Positions 8,876-18,532 of a DNA stretch of 61,985 bases are shown here, in pieces. The notes under the pieces are model-generated. The model was not told where the DNA came from. It searched no databases and saw nothing but the letters and a program-made list of their open reading frames with translations. This stretch comes from Candidatus Pacearchaeota archaeon. Its GTDB lineage: Archaea > Nanobdellota > Nanobdellia > Pacearchaeales > GW2011-AR1. Made by a program: the position numbers and the translations under genes. The stretch spans positions 1-61,985 of the forward strand of contig NZBT01000014.1 in the NCBI GenBank assembly GCA_002688015.1. Reading direction: 5' to 3'. Numbering within the stretch: position 1 is the stretch's first letter; the number at the start of each line of letters is the position of its first letter.

Positions 8876-9784
8876 TTAAGACTGATCATTTCTTCTTGTT
8901 AATTCAGTTCCTACAACTATTTCCCAAGGAGTGAAATTTCTATAATCGAAGATATTGTCTTCTAAGTCTAGGACAAGCATTTGCATTCCTCTTTCTGCTT
9001 GCATACAACCCAAGTATTCTTCTGTAGTACAGTTTAGTCCTAAAAAGTCTACGGGATAGTAAGCGATTACTTTTCCATCTTCTTTCATGAAGGGCGTTGC
9101 TATTTGTGCAACTTCTATAATGTGATAGTTTGGATATGCTGACAAAGCTATATCTACTCCTTCAGGACAATGAGATGTGAATTGAGGTACATGATTCTCA
9201 AAATCTGCTTGAATTAATGTAACTTTGTCTTTAGCTATGGCTATATTTTGGGGAGACAGATTTTCTATATTAGTTTGTGTTCTTTGAATAGCATGTTCGT
9301 TGGAATCAATACAATAAATTCTTTCTAAGTTTTCTAGGAATAGAGCTAATCCAATTGATATTCTTCCATCTCCACATCCTAGGTCAACTATTGAAAATCT
9401 TTCTTTTTCTGTAGATAATTTTTCTAATAGAGATTGGAGAGTTTTTCTTGTTCTTAGAACTGTTTCTGGAGGAAGAAAATCACATAGACCTGTTTTGAGC
9501 ATGTGTCCGATTATATTGTCATATTCTCTTATCGTACTCTTTTCTATCTGTTCTTCGCTTAAAGCATCCCATTCATCTATAGGTTCTGGGCCGAACATTT
9601 CTTTAATTTCAAATTTATATTTTTCATATGATTCTCCTAGTTGTTTTATCTCTTTCTCAGTTACTTTTCTTCCAATTCTTTTTAAGACTTTTTGATATCC
9701 TTCTAAGGCTGGGTGTAAAGGCCAGTAAGAACTAAGAAATTCTTCTACTTTTGCGTTCTCTTGTGTTGTTACTGCTGTTTGCAT
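8876..9784 (-). CDS. Class I SAM-dependent methyltransferase
   Basis: Motif I IVDLGCGDGRISIGLA, then CIDSNEHAI and IQADFENH in the usual order. Confidence 0.75.
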   Translation of the reverse strand: MQTAVTTQENAKVEEFLSSYWPLHPALEGYQKVLKRIGRKVTEKEIKQLGESYEKYKFEIKEMFGPEPIDEWDALSEEQIEKSTIREYDNIIGHMLKTGLCDFLPPETVLRTRKTLQSLLEKLSTEKERFSIVDLGCGDGRISIGLALFLENLERIYCIDSNEHAIQRTQTNIENLSPQNIAIAKDKVTLIQADFENHVPQFTSHCPEGVDIALSAYPNYHIIEVAQIATPFMKEDGKVIAYYPVDFLGLNCTTEEYLGCMQAERGMQMLVLDLEDNIFDYRNFTPWEIVVGTELTRRNDQS

Positions 9785-9803
9785 GTATTTTCCTCTGAGA
9801 GAA

Positions 9804-9815
9804 GGTTTAAAAACC
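9804..9815. promoter_or_regulatory. Shared, near-palindromic TATA element (GGTTTAAAAACC) for divergent leaderless genes
   Basis: Centre 9809.5 is 25.5 nt from minus-strand ATG 9784 and 25.5 nt from plus-strand ATG 9835. Confidence 0.6.
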
Positions 9816-9834
9816 TAACCTTTCTTTGAAGAAA

Positions 9835-10134
9835 ATGACTAAAGGAATTGTTGTACAATTTAGACGAGGAAGAAAAACTATCAAGGAAAAGCATTTTCTT
9901 CTTGATGTAGGAGCTAAAGATCGGCCTAGTGCCTTGAAGTTAGTTGGGTCTAGTGTATTATGGAAGAGCACAGGAGGCAAGGAGATTAAAGGGGAAATCA
10001 AAAGTGCTCATGGGAATAAAGGATTAGTTAGAGCTATTTTTGAGAGAGGATTACCAGGACAAGCAGTTACTACGGAAGTTGAAGTTTCCGGATCAGGAAC
10101 AGAGACAAAAGAAAAAAAAGGAGAGAAGAAGTAA
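9835..10134 (+). CDS. rpl35ae: Ribosomal protein L35Ae (eL33)
   Basis: KGIVVQFRRGRKT...LVGSSVLWKSTGGKEIKGEIKSAHGNKGLVRAIFERGLPGQA. Start moved from TTG 9826 to ATG 9835 by TATA spacing. Confidence 0.8.
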   Translation: MTKGIVVQFRRGRKTIKEKHFLLDVGAKDRPSALKLVGSSVLWKSTGGKEIKGEIKSAHGNKGLVRAIFERGLPGQAVTTEVEVSGSGTETKEKKGEKK

Positions 10135-10674
10135 ATGGCAAGTTTAAGAAAAGCATCAAGTTATAGTAAGAGAAAAGTTCGTCCATATACTAGGAAATCA
10201 GGGAGCAGGAAGAGAGCTTATATTAAGGCGATTCCCCCAAGTAAAATTGTTAAATTTAATATGGGAGATTTGAAAGGTCATAATCAAGGGAAACATAAGT
10301 TCCAAGTAGGATATGTTTCGAGTGAAAAGGTTCAATTAAGAGACAATGCTTTGGAATCTTGTAGAACTCTTTTGAACAAGGCTTTGGACAAGTCAGTTCC
10401 TGGACAATATTATTTGGAAATTAGAGTGTATCCACATCAGATTTTAAGGGAGAACAAGACAGCTGCAGGAGCAGGAGCGGACAGATTAAGTTCAGGAATG
10501 AAGCATAGTTTTGGATCTACAATGGGAAGGGCAGCTATTGTTAATCCTGGAAAAGAGCTTTTTATTATTACAACTGTAGATGAAAGAACTGCGAGAATTG
10601 CTAGAAAGATTCTTAATTTGGTTAAGACAAAAGTTCCTTGTAGGGGAAGAATTGTTTTTGAGAAGCTAGATTAA
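10135..10674 (+). CDS. rpl10e: Ribosomal protein L10e (uL16)
   Basis: RPYTRKS...YIKAIPPSKIVKFNMGD and the RVYPHQILRENK, GAGADRLSSGM blocks typical of archaeal L10e. Confidence 0.85.
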   Translation: MASLRKASSYSKRKVRPYTRKSGSRKRAYIKAIPPSKIVKFNMGDLKGHNQGKHKFQVGYVSSEKVQLRDNALESCRTLLNKALDKSVPGQYYLEIRVYPHQILRENKTAAGAGADRLSSGMKHSFGSTMGRAAIVNPGKELFIITTVDERTARIARKILNLVKTKVPCRGRIVFEKLD

Positions 10675-10675
10675 A

Positions 10676-11164
10676 ATGGGATATAGGAAGAGAAATCTTC
10701 AATATGATGAAGGAGAAATTAGATCTATAGAGAACATGATGCATCGTTCTTCTTCTGCTTCTGATTTTAGATGTAGACTTGAAAAATTTGTATCAAGAAG
10801 GGGAAGAGATATTTCAAGACTTAGAGGGATTAACGGAAAAGAAAGGCTTGTCGTTAAGCTGGCTTTATCTGGGAAATCTCAGGAAGAGATAGAAGAAAGA
10901 ACAGAATTGAGTAATAAACCAATAAGGAACTTTCTTGAAAGAATAGGGGTTTTAGATTATTGGACTAAGCTCAGAGAGCAAGCAAGAAAGGAAAATTCTA
11001 GAGAGTATAGAGGTTTGAAAAGAGCTGCTCAGTCTGATGAACCTCCAAGTTTGAGAAAGTTGACAAAATATCAAGGACCTAATACTCCTGAAGGAGTTAA
11101 GAAGTATTTAATTTCCGAAGGGATTTATCAAGATTATCTTAAGAGAAGAGGAAAGAAGACATAA
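10676..11164 (+). CDS. Hypothetical Arg-rich protein with LuxR/sigma-r4-like HTH, directly behind L10e
   Basis: ERLVVKLALSGKSQEEIEERTELSNKPIRNFLERIG. Starts 1 nt after the rpl10e stop. Confidence 0.4.
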   Translation: MGYRKRNLQYDEGEIRSIENMMHRSSSASDFRCRLEKFVSRRGRDISRLRGINGKERLVVKLALSGKSQEEIEERTELSNKPIRNFLERIGVLDYWTKLREQARKENSREYRGLKRAAQSDEPPSLRKLTKYQGPNTPEGVKKYLISEGIYQDYLKRRGKKT

Positions 11165-11198
11165 TTAACTTTATTAAGTTTGTTTTTTTAGGAGTTGT

Positions 11199-14129
11199 AT
11201 GGGAGAAAAAGAGGCTAGTAAGGGCTCTGTGAGTTTTGTTAAATGGTTCTCTGAATTGAATCATGGAGATGTAAAGATTGCTGGAGGGAAAGGAGCAAGT
11301 TTAGGAGAAATGTATAATAATAAATTTCCCATACCTCCTGGATTTGTTGTTACAGCACAAGCATATAGTTATTTTATTGAGAAGGCCGGAATTAAGAATA
11401 AGATTAATGAAATTTTAGATAACCTAGATGTTAATAATACAGATGCATTAAATGCTGCTTCTAAAGAAATAAGGGGACTAATTGAGTCTGCTGATTTTCC
11501 TGAAGAGTTGAAGAGCCCTATTTTAGAAAGTTATGAAGTCTTAGATGTTGATAAAAAGAATATTGATAAAGCTGGGGGTGGCGCTATGGAGATATTGAAG
11601 ACAAGTCATGAGCCTCCTTTTGTTGCAGTTAGGAGCAGTGCAACTGCGGAAGATTTAGTGGATGCAAGTTTTGCAGGGCAGCAAGAATCTTTCCTAAATG
11701 TTAAAGGAAATTTTGATTTAATTAAAAAGGTGAAAAAGTGTTTTTCTTCACTCTTCACTCCGAGAGCTATTTTTTATAGAGAGAAGAAAGGATTTAAGCA
11801 TTCTGAAACAGAGCTTGCAGTTGTTGTTCAGAAGATGATTGATAGCGAGAAGAGTGGTGTAATGTTTTCTAAGAATCCTGTAAAGAAAGATGAAAGTATT
11901 TTGATTGAGGCTGTTTGGGGATTAGGAGAAGGACTTGTTTCTGGAAGGATAAATCCAGATATTTATGTGATTTCTAGAGATACTGAAAACTTACAGGTTT
12001 TAAAGGAGAAGATTTCTTATAAGAAGATTGCAGTTGTTAGAGATTCTTCAGGACAAACTGGAGTAGTGAAACTTACTGAAGATAGGGGCAAACAGCGAGT
12101 GCTTTCTAATTATGAAGTTAAAAGGCTTGGACAATATGCTATTCAGTTAGAAGAGCATTATGAACTTGGTCAAGATATTGAGTTTGCTATTGAAAATAAT
12201 CAAATCTATATTGTGCAGAGCAGACCGATTACAACAAAAGTTGAGGAGGAACAAGGAAGTTCTGAAATTGCGGGGACAGTTTTATTAAGTGGATTGGGAG
12301 CTAGTCCTGGAGTTGGAGTTGGAGTTGTTAGAATAGTTAAGAATCTGAATGAGCTAAGTAAAGTGAAGAATGGAGATATTCTTGTTACTGAAATGACTAA
12401 TCCTGATATGGTTGTTACAATGCAAAAATCAGCGGCTATTGTGACTGATGAAGGCGGGCTCACAAGCCATGCAGCTATTGTTTCAAGAGAAATGGGTATC
12501 CCAGCAGTTGTCGGAACAGGGAACGCAATAGAGACATTGAAAGATGGACAAGTTATAACTGTCGATGGGAGTAATGGAAAGGTTTTTGAGGGAAGAGGAG
12601 AGACTAAAATTATTGAAGTTGAACCTATAGAGTTTGATACTAAAACAAAGATAAAAGTTATTGTTGATTTGCCAGATTACGCTGAGAGGGCTGCTAAATC
12701 AGAAGCAAAGGGTGTGGGTCTTGTAAGATTAGAAGGAATAATTGCTTCTGGAGGGAAACATCCATTAGCATATATTAAAGAGAAGAAGGTTGATGAATAC
12801 ATAAAAGTACTTTCTAATGGATTGAAAGACATTGTTAAAGAATTTGATGAGATCTGGATCAGAAGTTCAGACATTAGAACAGATGAGTTTAGAAATTTGA
12901 TTGGGGCAAGTAAGGAAGTTGAAGGAAATCCTATGCTTGGAGATCATGGAATAAGATTTAGTTTGAGACATCCAGAGATTTTAAGGGCTGAATTTACTGC
13001 AATAAAGGAAATAGCAGATGAGTTTCCTGATAAAAAGATAGGATTAATGGCTCCTCAGATTATTTCTATTTCGGAAGTTAAGGAAATGAAAAGAATTGCT
13101 AAATCTGAGGTTTCAATTCCAAGTAATGTTAAGATTGGAGTTATGGTAGAAACTCCTGCAGCAGTTATGATAATTGATAAAATTTGTGAAGAAGGTATTG
13201 ACTTCATAAGTTTTGGGACTAATGATTTGACGCAATACACATTAGCTATAGATAGAAATAATTCTGATGTTCAATATTTGTATGATGAGGCTCATCCAGC
13301 AGTTTTGAATTCTATGAGGTATGTTATTCAGACTTGTAAAAGATATGGAACGGAAACAAGTATTTGTGGACAAGCAGGAAGCAAGCCGGAGATAGCTGAA
13401 TTCTTAGTAAAACAAGGTATTGATTCTATAAGTGTTAATGCTGATGTTGCTAACAAGTTAAGTAAAATAATAAAAGACGCTGAAGAAAATCTTCAAGCAG
13501 AAAGTGGAAAGGAAGCAGAAAGTGTTGCTTCTGTTCCTGAAGAAGTTGCTGGACATATAGGAAAGCCTTATGAAAGAAAAGCAGAAGCACCTTTGCAAAC
13601 TGTTCAGAAAGTAATAAATCAATATCAGAAGAAATATGATCCTGAGATGGCTGATATGGAAGAGCTTGTTTTGAAAGAACTAGAGTCAGAAGAGGAAAAA
13701 GATGAAGGGAAAGAGAAGGACAATGAGTATTTTCCTGGAACTTTAGATAGATTAGATAAAGAAATTCCTAATTTAAATGAAGCTATTGCAATTACTTCTG
13801 GGGAAATGGAAGAGCCTGAGAAAGAAGAAGAGGAAGTTTTAGAGGAAGGAGAACTATTAGATAACGAAGAGCCAGATGATGCTGAGGAAATGGGAGGAGA
13901 AGAAGTTGAGAAAGATGCTCTTTTAGATGATGAATTAGGAGAGGAATTGGAGATTGAAGATAATGATAAGAGTGAAGAATTGGCTGAAGAAGAGAGCGAG
14001 AATGGTGTTGATAATTTAGCTGATGAGTTAGATCAGGAAATTGCTAAGGGGATGATTGAGGATGATTTGGGAGAAGAATGGGGTAGTGATGGGGAAAGCA
14101 ATGAAGATGTTAAGTTAGATATATTCTGA
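11199..14129 (+). CDS. ppsA: Phosphoenolpyruvate synthase-like (PEP-utilising enzyme) with an acidic C-terminal extension of about 200 aa
   Basis: N-terminal ATP-grasp IAGGKGASLGEMY. Phosphohistidine swivel TDEGGLTSHAAIVSREMGIPAVVG. C-terminal TIM barrel FISFGTNDLTQYTLAIDR and ICGQAGS. Confidence 0.85.
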   Translation: MGEKEASKGSVSFVKWFSELNHGDVKIAGGKGASLGEMYNNKFPIPPGFVVTAQAYSYFIEKAGIKNKINEILDNLDVNNTDALNAASKEIRGLIESADFPEELKSPILESYEVLDVDKKNIDKAGGGAMEILKTSHEPPFVAVRSSATAEDLVDASFAGQQESFLNVKGNFDLIKKVKKCFSSLFTPRAIFYREKKGFKHSETELAVVVQKMIDSEKSGVMFSKNPVKKDESILIEAVWGLGEGLVSGRINPDIYVISRDTENLQVLKEKISYKKIAVVRDSSGQTGVVKLTEDRGKQRVLSNYEVKRLGQYAIQLEEHYELGQDIEFAIENNQIYIVQSRPITTKVEEEQGSSEIAGTVLLSGLGASPGVGVGVVRIVKNLNELSKVKNGDILVTEMTNPDMVVTMQKSAAIVTDEGGLTSHAAIVSREMGIPAVVGTGNAIETLKDGQVITVDGSNGKVFEGRGETKIIEVEPIEFDTKTKIKVIVDLPDYAERAAKSEAKGVGLVRLEGIIASGGKHPLAYIKEKKVDEYIKVLSNGLKDIVKEFDEIWIRSSDIRTDEFRNLIGASKEVEGNPMLGDHGIRFSLRHPEILRAEFTAIKEIADEFPDKKIGLMAPQIISISEVKEMKRIAKSEVSIPSNVKIGVMVETPAAVMIIDKICEEGIDFISFGTNDLTQYTLAIDRNNSDVQYLYDEAHPAVLNSMRYVIQTCKRYGTETSICGQAGSKPEIAEFLVKQGIDSISVNADVANKLSKIIKDAEENLQAESGKEAESVASVPEEVAGHIGKPYERKAEAPLQTVQKVINQYQKKYDPEMADMEELVLKELESEEEKDEGKEKDNEYFPGTLDRLDKEIPNLNEAIAITSGEMEEPEKEEEEVLEEGELLDNEEPDDAEEMGGEEVEKDALLDDELGEELEIEDNDKSEELAEEESENGVDNLADELDQEIAKGMIEDDLGEEWGSDGESNEDVKLDIF

Positions 14130-14130
14130 T

Positions 14131-14173
14131 TTTGTTACTTTTCTTGAGTAATAACATAATAGAAAGCTTTAAA
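14131..14173 (+). promoter_or_regulatory. Promoter cassette C: TTTGTTA...GAGTAATAACA...AGAAAGCTTTAAA for ORF 14197
   Basis: TTTAAA 14168-14173 is centred 27 nt upstream of ATG 14197. The 69-nt block matches 53 of 69 positions, without gaps, with 34921-34989. Confidence 0.6.
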
Positions 14174-14196
14174 TACCTGTTTTTTATTGAAAAAGT

Positions 14197-15012
14197 ATGA
14201 GTCCAGACAATGATAAAGAGAGATATGACGCGTTTGCAGGAGCTTTTATACAGAGAAAGCAGGCAGAAGGTTTAGCTAAGGCTTTGCGTGATCCTAAAGC
14301 TGATGTAGACACAAGGCAAAGTGCTAGAGAGTATGCTATGCATCATTCTCTTACTATTGAAGGAAATGAGGCTTTGCGAGATGAAGGAGTTAGAAATGAA
14401 GTTGAAACAAATGATGCTCTTATTGAAAGATTCTTACACGGAGCTGTAACTTATCATACTGTTGCATCTACTAATATTTTTGATGATAATAGGGGTGCGA
14501 TAATTTTAGGAGCACCTGAAGATAAGTTAGTAGAACATTATCTTGAATTAACACCTACAAAGGATGAATCTGGAGCTAGTGATGCCGAGACACATAATAA
14601 GAGAGTGGGTCTACATTCTAATGTTTTGGAATTAAACCAACTTTTAAGAGATCATCAAGATCCTGAGAAAAGAGTAGGGCATGCCGATTTAATTACTAGT
14701 GTTAAAGAATATGTTGAAGAAAAAACAAAGAAGATTATAGATGAAGATCTAAAAGTTAGAGGAGATGAAGCTGTTTATAAGATAGCTCTTAGTAATAATA
14801 TGCAAACATTGGCACTTTCTGAGAGAGCGGCACAGATTAGAGTTCACTTGTATGCAAACGATAAGAAGGAAGAGTTAGATGGTGTGCTCGGAAGTGATTC
14901 TGGAAAAGCAACTTATACAAGAAGAAACTTGAATTTACTTGCTGATAGAGATTCTAAAGGAAAAGATTTTGTAATGGAATACTTAGTAGGGCTCTCTCTT
15001 GAAAGAAATTAA
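14197..15012 (+). CDS. Hypothetical protein (271 aa)
   Basis: Complete ORF with a canonical leaderless promoter. No motif recognised. Confidence 0.55.
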   Translation: MSPDNDKERYDAFAGAFIQRKQAEGLAKALRDPKADVDTRQSAREYAMHHSLTIEGNEALRDEGVRNEVETNDALIERFLHGAVTYHTVASTNIFDDNRGAIILGAPEDKLVEHYLELTPTKDESGASDAETHNKRVGLHSNVLELNQLLRDHQDPEKRVGHADLITSVKEYVEEKTKKIIDEDLKVRGDEAVYKIALSNNMQTLALSERAAQIRVHLYANDKKEELDGVLGSDSGKATYTRRNLNLLADRDSKGKDFVMEYLVGLSLERN

Positions 15013-15860
15013 GATTTTTCTAACATTTCATCAATAAGTTTAATCATATCTGCAAGGAATTTTTCTGCAGTCTCTTGCCATTTGTCAATTTCAGATCCTT
15101 TTATATCGCTTATTTCTCTATAAGAAATTGTTTTATGTAAACCATAAAGGTCTTTTATGGCCCTTACTGCGTCCATTTTTAGTAAGCCAGGATCTACGAA
15201 AGTTGTCTTAAGTAGTTCGGGAATTTTTTCAGGGCTTGGAGGAACTTTTCCAGCAGTTATTAGTGCTGCTTGAGCAGAATCAATCATTGCCCAATAAGCT
15301 CCTTCTATTGCAGACATTTCTGCTTGTTTTGATCTTGCTAAATGTAGGGGGGCACGTTGTAAAGCAGCATAAACTGCTTCTGGAGTTGAACGTATTCTTC
15401 CTTGTAGTAATAAGGCTTTGATTGGTTCGAAAAATCCTCCTGAATCTATTAATACTTCTCCATATCTTAGAATGTTTAGTACAACAGGATCGCCATGAAG
15501 AACATCATTCCACCAACTTGTTAATTTTATTGTGTTTATGTGGAATCTTTCAGAATCTTTTTGTGCAGCAATTATTTTTCCTAATTCTTCCCTGTACCAT
15601 GCAATTAATTCTAAATCCCAATTAATTGATGCATCATCAAGAATAATAATTAAATCTATGTCAGAACTTTGGTTGGAAGTATTTTTTGCTTGACTGCCGA
15701 ATAAAACGGTTGCTTTAATCATCTTATCAAACTTTGCATATATCTTCTGAGCTAAATCAAGGGCAATTTCTTTCTCACTCTTAGTAAGCTTTCTAGAGAC
15801 ATTTTTTTCGGATTCTTTAGAAGACTTCTTTTTTTTAGAAGATTTTTTCTTTTTTACCAT
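15009..15860 (-). CDS. Nucleotidyltransferase (MNT-type) domain protein with C-terminal helical domain; paralog of 376..2232
   Basis: LFGSQAKNTSNQSSDIDLIIILDD. STPEAV...AGKVPPSP blocks are shared with ORF 376. Start placed at MVKKKKSSKKKK (ATG 15860), but the upstream in-frame ATG 15929 is not excluded. Confidence 0.65.
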   Translation of the reverse strand: MVKKKKSSKKKKSSKESEKNVSRKLTKSEKEIALDLAQKIYAKFDKMIKATVLFGSQAKNTSNQSSDIDLIIILDDASINWDLELIAWYREELGKIIAAQKDSERFHINTIKLTSWWNDVLHGDPVVLNILRYGEVLIDSGGFFEPIKALLLQGRIRSTPEAVYAALQRAPLHLARSKQAEMSAIEGAYWAMIDSAQAALITAGKVPPSPEKIPELLKTTFVDPGLLKMDAVRAIKDLYGLHKTISYREISDIKGSEIDKWQETAEKFLADMIKLIDEMLEKS

Positions 15861-15987
15861 CTTTCTCTTTTTGTTGTCAAGATTGTTGTTTAAATGGATG
15901 CAATCTTGAGCATCCAGAAACCTAAACATTAAGGAAAAGGTTTCTTGATATAATTGAATACTTAATATTCTTTTTAAATGTTTATAA

Positions 15988-17871
15988 TTAAGACATTGGA
16001 GCACCTGAAAATCTGCTTCTTCCTCCAGGTAGTTCTCCTCCTAATTCTATTGGCAAGCCTGTATGAGATCCGCCATATATTAATGAAAATGTTGCATCTG
16101 GAAGCATATATCCGGGACCCATATTATATGAATATCCTTCTGGGGCTCCTTGGGCTTGGCTCCAATAGGGGCCATTTTGCATTGCATAAATTGGAGAGTT
16201 GTAATGACCAAGGATTTCAGGCAAAGGAGAGGAACCTCCAAATTGTTGTATGTATGTTGCAGTTTCTGCAATTCTTTTTATTTTTTCAGGATTTACTCCC
16301 ATTTTTTTAAGAACAGCTTCATGTTCTTTCATTGGAACATTTCCCCAACCTATAGGGAGTTCTGCGTCTTCTAAGCCCATGTTGTCTGCAAGATGAACAT
16401 GTTTGATATAAGGGGTGATTTTTTCTGTTTCCTTTACTATATCTTTAGTATCATATCCAAATTTTCTTAGATTATTTATGTGTCCAACATCCCATGTAAC
16501 TCCGATCATCTTTTCAGCTTGTTTGACTGCTTGGGATTTGCTCATACCAAACTTCTTTTGAGCTTTTTTTGTGAAGTCTTCTCTGATTCTTTCTATTAAT
16601 TCTTTCATGTGATCTGCCCTGTTAAATCCGGACATTGGACTTGCAGGATGATTTTCTAAACTTATTATTGGGGCTGCATCTTTAAATTCATCATAGCTTT
16701 TTATTGCTAAGTTTGAGAAAGTTTCTGAAGCTTTTTCTAAAGCGAATTCTTTTATTGGCTCCCAGGATTCAGGAGCTTTTATGGAGTTTAACATATCTAA
16801 TCCTTCTCTTAGTGTGTTTGCAGCTCCAGGAATTTTTCTGTAATCTTCAATTGCGCCGCTTGGGGCCTTTACTGCATCTATGGCTTCTTTCCATTTTTTT
16901 GAGAAATCATCTAATTTTCCTTTTTCTTTTTCAAGGCCTTTTTCTTCAGCATATTTATAAGCTTGATTGAAAAGTTGTTTGAATTTATTTTGGGCATCTC
17001 TTAAATAAATATCTCCTGTAAAGAGTGCATCTTTTCTGTTTTCTATTAAATCTATATATCCTTCTGTTGCCGCTCCATATGCTTTTTTTTGTTCTGGAGT
17101 AAATTCTTTGTATTTTTGAACTTCTTCTAAAATTTCCCCTGGTTTTTGAGGGATGCCTTTAACTCCCTTCGTATCGTCATCAGTTTTTAAAGCATGACTA
17201 ATGTGATCTTTTGCTCTTGCTAATTCCATATTTATATTGCTTAGTTCTGTTGCCCAGCTTTGTTCATTTATATCTTCTAGAATTTTTTCAGGAGTCTTAC
17301 TTCCTGAAAGAAAATCTTTTCTACTTTCTAAATCTAATGGGCCAACTTTCCCATCTAATCTATTCACTGCTCCTATGTGTGTGACTTTCTCAGTTCCATC
17401 AGGCATCTTTACTTTTGATTCTACCTCGGGCAAGCCAGTAGAAGCATGGAAAGTTACTACGATATTTCCCTCTGGGTCTATTCTCTTTCCTCTTTCAAGA
17501 GCGAACCACATTCTATCTTCTACTCTTCTTCTGTCATCCTCGGTCCAGTTTCCCCTTTCTGCATCTACTCCTGTAGGTTCTAACATGGGACCATGAAGAG
17601 TTAATTGAGCTCCTGTTAATTTCCTAAGACGATTGATTTCGTCAAGGTGTTTGTTAGGAATTTCCTTTTCAATATCAGGAAAGGTCATTTGAACTTCCAC
17701 TACATTTTGCCCTGTATTAAGAGCTTGAGAAACAGCGTGTAACTGATTAGCTGTTTGAGCATTTACTGCAGTTCCTATTTGGGAAGCAGGGACGTCAGCG
17801 ATTCCTTCAGAGTAATCTGGAGCAAAATTATAGTTAACTCCAGTATAGATATTATGTGTGTAATCTGCCAT
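15988..17871 (-). CDS. Xylose isomerase-like / AP endonuclease family 2 TIM-barrel protein with a helical insertion of about 230 aa and a Gly/Pro/Tyr-rich tail
   Basis: Blocks in family order: LTLHGP, VVTFHAS, ISLENHPA, VTWDVGHIN, IKHVHLADNMG...ELPIGWGNVP. A long K/E-rich helical segment sits between FHAS and LENH. Confidence 0.6.
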   Translation of the reverse strand: MADYTHNIYTGVNYNFAPDYSEGIADVPASQIGTAVNAQTANQLHAVSQALNTGQNVVEVQMTFPDIEKEIPNKHLDEINRLRKLTGAQLTLHGPMLEPTGVDAERGNWTEDDRRRVEDRMWFALERGKRIDPEGNIVVTFHASTGLPEVESKVKMPDGTEKVTHIGAVNRLDGKVGPLDLESRKDFLSGSKTPEKILEDINEQSWATELSNINMELARAKDHISHALKTDDDTKGVKGIPQKPGEILEEVQKYKEFTPEQKKAYGAATEGYIDLIENRKDALFTGDIYLRDAQNKFKQLFNQAYKYAEEKGLEKEKGKLDDFSKKWKEAIDAVKAPSGAIEDYRKIPGAANTLREGLDMLNSIKAPESWEPIKEFALEKASETFSNLAIKSYDEFKDAAPIISLENHPASPMSGFNRADHMKELIERIREDFTKKAQKKFGMSKSQAVKQAEKMIGVTWDVGHINNLRKFGYDTKDIVKETEKITPYIKHVHLADNMGLEDAELPIGWGNVPMKEHEAVLKKMGVNPEKIKRIAETATYIQQFGGSSPLPEILGHYNSPIYAMQNGPYWSQAQGAPEGYSYNMGPGYMLPDATFSLIYGGSHTGLPIELGGELPGGRSRFSGAPMS

Positions 17872-17909
17872 TTTTTATTAAAGTTGAGTAGTTATATAAA
17901 TTTACCTTT

Positions 17910-18503
17910 TTAGAACATGTCTCTTCTTAGTTGTTTTCTCTCGCCAACCTCTGGTTTTTTATCTTCTTTGTATTGGTATTTTTCTTGTGGGCCTTGTCCA
18001 GGTTGATTATTCCTTGATTGTCTCTGCATTTCAGATTCAACTGTACTTATTCTTGACATTGATGAGGCAAATCTGGGATCTGAAGTTCTTAAATTTAAAG
18101 GGTGTTGAATTGGGGTAAGAGGGGTTTGATTATTAACATTTTCATTAACTTCTGAAGGAGCATAGATTCTTCCTATTGTGTATCCTCCTCTGCCTTGAGG
18201 ATTATAAGACCTGAGAACTGAGTACTCTGCGTTTTCTCCAGGCGCTGGATTAGTTTTATTTGTTCTATTAGTTTGATTTCTTTCTGGAACTAAATCATCA
18301 ATTGTTTCATTTTGTGTTACAGAAGGCTGATTCGGAAATTTTTCTATAATAGCTATTTCTTTTATCTTGTTAGAAGATTCTTCTAATACTGTTTCTTCTA
18401 AATCTTCCTCTTCCTTTCTTATTTCTTTAATCTCTTTTATTTTGCTTTTCTTAGATTTTGCAGATTTTTTAGACTTTGCAGACTTAATTTTCTTTTTCTT
18501 CAT
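17910..18503 (-). CDS. Low-complexity protein (Lys/Ser-rich N-terminus, Asn/Gln/Pro-rich body)
   Basis: MKKKKIKSAKSKKSAKSKKSK then a predicted disordered region. Lies between ORFs 18533..20197 and 15988..17871 on the same strand. Confidence 0.45.
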   Translation of the reverse strand: MKKKKIKSAKSKKSAKSKKSKIKEIKEIRKEEEDLEETVLEESSNKIKEIAIIEKFPNQPSVTQNETIDDLVPERNQTNRTNKTNPAPGENAEYSVLRSYNPQGRGGYTIGRIYAPSEVNENVNNQTPLTPIQHPLNLRTSDPRFASSMSRISTVESEMQRQSRNNQPGQGPQEKYQYKEDKKPEVGERKQLRRDMF

Positions 18504-18532
18504 CTATTTTCAAGGAAACAGAAATATATAAA

